Origin: Takakia lepidozioides
Lineage: Eukaryota; Plantae; Bryophyta
Assembly: GCA_030704615.1 (NCBI GenBank)
Contig: CM060733.1
Span: 29,512,001 to 29,576,000, forward strand
Direction of reading: 5' to 3'
DNA: 64,000 nucleotides
Within the stretch, counting starts at the first letter, position 1. The number at the start of each line of letters is the position of its first letter. Both the position numbers and the translations under genes were made by a program. This document shows, piece after piece, positions 60,514 through 64,000 of the stretch. The notes beneath the pieces are model-generated. The model was given only the letters and a program-made list of their open reading frames with translations. It was not told the origin of the DNA and did not search any database.

Positions 60514-63211
60514 CTAAGAAGTGCTCAATAATGTGTTCATTGCAGCTGGCTCTGCTCTGATCAGTTGGGAAAGGGATCACTGGGAAAGCCACAACTCTTG
60601 AGAAGATATAATTGGCTGTCCTTTTCTTAATAAAGAGGGAACGTTGATGCAGGGTTGACGAGGGTTGACGGCGTTGTTACGTGGGCTGATGCAACATGCA
60701 GGGCATTGAAGCCGTGCAACGAGTGTCAATACCGATACTCGGTGGTTGGGGGCAGCACACTGACCGAGCGTACGTTCAATAAACGCACTGTGACGCAAGG
60801 GAGTTCGTTGGGCGTGGCAGAGTCGCCGGCACACGGTCAGAAGCTGTCAGCGAGAATTTGTAAAGCTTGCGTGCTTGGTGGATGGAGGGGTAGCGTAGAG
60901 CTGGTGCTGCGGCAGCATATCGCCACCCAGAGAGCATGTTGCCCTGCTTTGGGCTTTTGGGTCGTGCCGTCAGGCGGCGCCAGCACTTGTAACTCGCGTG
61001 TGAGGATACTCTGTGACGGTTTTGACGAGCGAATTATTTGGTTGGGGAGACTGAACTTGAAGACAAACACACCCGGCCAGCTAGTCTAGCGAGAAAAGAA
61101 GCAGCGGGAGTATCCTGAGCCACACGACGCCAGCTAAAGCGACTATCATGAGCTTCCCAATCTTGCACAAGCAATTTGAGAAGCTCCGCTGAAGCGGCTA
61201 AAGCTCCTCAGTACGTCGATCAGTTTGAGAAGCATTGATAGCCTAGCCCCATTCACAGATGGGTGTGACTGCCTGAGCCAGTTACATAGTTTTTGTGGGT
61301 TTGAGCCACGGACCGCCTGCAGTGTGGCTGGTGCAGGTGCAATTTAGCAATGTCTTCACACTTGTAAATTTGACCAATTTCATTCCGATTGTTGAATTCC
61401 CAACTCCAGAGTGAAAGTTCTGGCCGTGATCATTGCTAAAAAATTGGATCTGGAAAGTATGAAGAATTGGAAGGAAATGCCCTGGCACCTGCAGAGCAAC
61501 ACAGTAGGTACTGTATCCATGATGTTCAAAGAATGTGCAGAATGTGCTCAATGGAACTACCCACCAACTCTAGGCACCAGTAGGGAAGTGCGCTTATCCA
61601 CGCTGGCTGTGGCTGGGCAAGGATGGGCCGTCTATCATGAGAGATGAGACAGATCTAGTTACTGCTTATGATTGCTGTTGAAAATGTTAAATGACCTGTT
61701 CCACACCGACAAGTTCTCTTTTGAGAAAACTTTGGGGCAGGCCGGCATGCTCAAGACAATTCTGTGGAGTACTTGACATGAGCACTAAACAGTGATTCAG
61801 CGAATTCCTTTCTAAATCTCTGAGAACCAGATGCTTAAATTACATCTACACATCCTCTTTTAGCGGATATTGTATCTACTTTGGACCTGTTTTGGCGAGG
61901 AGATTATTCACATCCGGTGCTATGCAATTGGGTGGATTGAGTCAGGCACTGACTGATCTCAATGTGCGAGAGAGTTGTCAACCTAGCAACTGACACACGA
62001 GACCACAAGGAGATGATGTCTCTCATACGGGTCAAAGACTGGACTCTCGACCTCTGTAATTACCAACTTCGACGCGAGCTTCTACGACTTGCAGTGTGGG
62101 TATGATCCGGAAGCGAGCTAACGGTGACGATACATTTCTGCAGCATTTAAACCCACTGATCTAACGTACATATATAATTTGAGCGGCAACATGACCGGGT
62201 TCGCAGGTGTGCTGCTGGAGTCCCTTGCAATCTCCCCAGGCCAGGCCATGTCCGGTGCGGATGAGAGGGCGAGCGTTACTCTGTAGATCATCAGTTGTCG
62301 ACCGACAATCAGAATATTGGTCGGGCCTTTCTCTCGTCTCTCTCTTGTCTTCCGGAGAGTTCCTGCAAAGCAACCCACCTACCGCCCCGGAAAGATTCTC
62401 CAGCCTTTCTCCAGCTCATTGACGGAACCGTTAAGTCTTTCAAGTCTCTTTACGATACCTGATCTTTACGGCTCTTCCTCTCCGGATCATCCATAACTGT
62501 AAAATCAATTGAAATTCGAAGTATCGAGATGTCAAAGTAGCAGAGGTACAACTTCCCACTGGTGTGAACCTGGTCTTCTGAACAGGTCTGGAAAGCAACC
62601 TTTGATAGTTTGGAACTCGTGACTTTGACATGATACTGCCAAAGTGACAACAGGAAAGTATCCAGAAACAGAGATGAGGAGAAGCTGTGGAATGAATACT
62701 TTTCTGACCCCAGTCAAAGTGAATGCCTGTTAGATTACATAGAGTAGCTTTCGGCAAACAATAGATCCGACAAGACCTTATGTGTGACGACTAGAGTTCA
62801 CCCGGGCTTCGGATCCTCGACTAGTTTTAAGCTGTACTTCCGTCGCTAGCCCAAGAAATCCGAGAAATCAAGTCATATATCAAGGCTTCTGGAGGTACGT
62901 GGGCCTCTCGTGCTGCACGAGCGTCTGTTAAATAAAGTCGGACTCCAGCTACATTTCTCCACAAAGGGTGGTGGCACTGCTCCTCATACCGATATGCTTC
63001 CGACTCTGGCATGAATTACAACTCTCGAACATCTATGCTGCATAGTTTTGATCAAATCTACAGTTAAGAATACATATGTTACAAGTATTGGATCTGCTGT
63101 TAAAGCTATACTTGCATGTTTTGAGATTTTTCCTCAAACTGCAGCTGGAAGTTCACTGATGTATCCTGTTGCGGTTTTGCAGGTCGGTTTACTTGCACAA
63201 TTCCAATCAGT

Positions 63212-63736
63212 ATGCCTCTAAGACAATCCAAAATGCGCTGTGCTTGCGGTCCGTCCTGTTTACTTTGGCTTGGAGGGTACATGTGCATGTTGGCAGTTAT
63301 GAGTCTTCCTTGCATCACTTTTGCAGCTAGCAGGACTCCCTTGCCTTCTCTTGCCGCTGACGGAGTGGATACCAAATCGAATTTGCTACCAGCCCCTGCT
63401 AGTGCCTGCTCACAGAAGAGTTTAAGCCTTTTTCAAGCGAAGGTACCGGTACCGCCTCCGAGGGGTGTTCCATCAGACGAGTTTGTATATAGTGTGCAAA
63501 TTCAGAATGATTGCTCTGTGTCCGGCTGTACTGCCACAAACATACATGTGTTCTGTGGAAGCTTTGCAACGTCCGTTTTCATCAATCCTAGAACTTTCAG
63601 GAAGGTACCAGGTACCAATCTCTGCCTAGTGAATAACGGGGATCCATTAGGCCAAGGCCAGACAATCTCCTTCCAGTACGTCAACACAGCGCCAGAACCA
63701 ATGCACATTGACTCCGCCTATGTGGCTTGTAGATAG
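63212..63736 (+). CDS. TAPETUM DETERMINANT 1 (TPD1)-like secreted Cys-rich protein
   Basis: Hydrophobic N-terminal signal, then C..Q..G.P..V.I.N.C..GC...IHV.CG.F....INP..FR....CLVNNG.PL..G..ISFQY.N....C, the TPD1 family pattern. Single coding exon; start at 63212 or 63233. Confidence 0.88.
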   Translation: MPLRQSKMRCACGPSCLLWLGGYMCMLAVMSLPCITFAASRTPLPSLAADGVDTKSNLLPAPASACSQKSLSLFQAKVPVPPPRGVPSDEFVYSVQIQNDCSVSGCTATNIHVFCGSFATSVFINPRTFRKVPGTNLCLVNNGDPLGQGQTISFQYVNTAPEPMHIDSAYVACR

Positions 63737-64000
63737 TTGGTAAATCAGTCAGACTTGTAATTAAGCTCCGCATACAGATCAGACATCTGAACACTGAAAT
63801 GCAATCCCACCTTGTCTGTTGTATCCTTTAGCTGTGTGAGAAATACCATACACAAGACAGAAAGCTCATGTGTCATTTCATGCTTTTGTTGATCAATTAC
63901 TCACTCCCCCTTTATCAGTTCCTTCAAATTCTTGCTCTCTCTCCGGAATCACTACACTCTTGCTGTTTGCACCTTCCTTGTTTCTGCTGCTTGGAAGCAC

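Noticed and set aside
60577-62757. Several 60-144-aa ORFs upstream of the TPD1-like gene
   Set aside because: No recognisable similarity or consistent splice pattern.

Overview
Nuclear DNA of a non-seed land plant, most likely a moss or relative (inferred from the PPR style and the Tcn1- and Bryco-like retroelements). Apparently intact genes: a P-class PPR protein (about 22 repeats), a PLS-E-DYW organellar C-to-U editing factor, a two-exon OVATE (OFP17-like) gene and a TPD1-like secreted protein. Damaged genes: a pheophorbide a oxygenase (PAO)-like gene, a PLS-PPR pseudogene and two tandem GDSL-lipase pseudogenes. Much of the window is transposon-derived: two copies of one LINE family, a 1.1-kb TRIM-like Copia derivative, a 5-kb half-tRNA-primed Copia, four tRNA-derived SINEs, several MITEs (two piggyBac-like), a MULE-like element carrying a 53-bp satellite, and two self-priming Tcn1-type chromoviruses. 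The most unusual structures are: (1) a 10.9-kb near-perfect palindrome of two tail-to-tail chromoviruses inside one target-site duplication; (2) a 4.2-kb inversion that appears to put the promoter and transit-peptide half of PAO exon 1 on the opposite strand from the rest of the gene; (3) a twin-priming-type 5' inversion in a LINE; (4) TTAA/CCC piggyBac-like elements in a land plant. All calls were made by eye. Family assignments come from recalled motifs, not database searches, and some boundaries may be off by a few bases.
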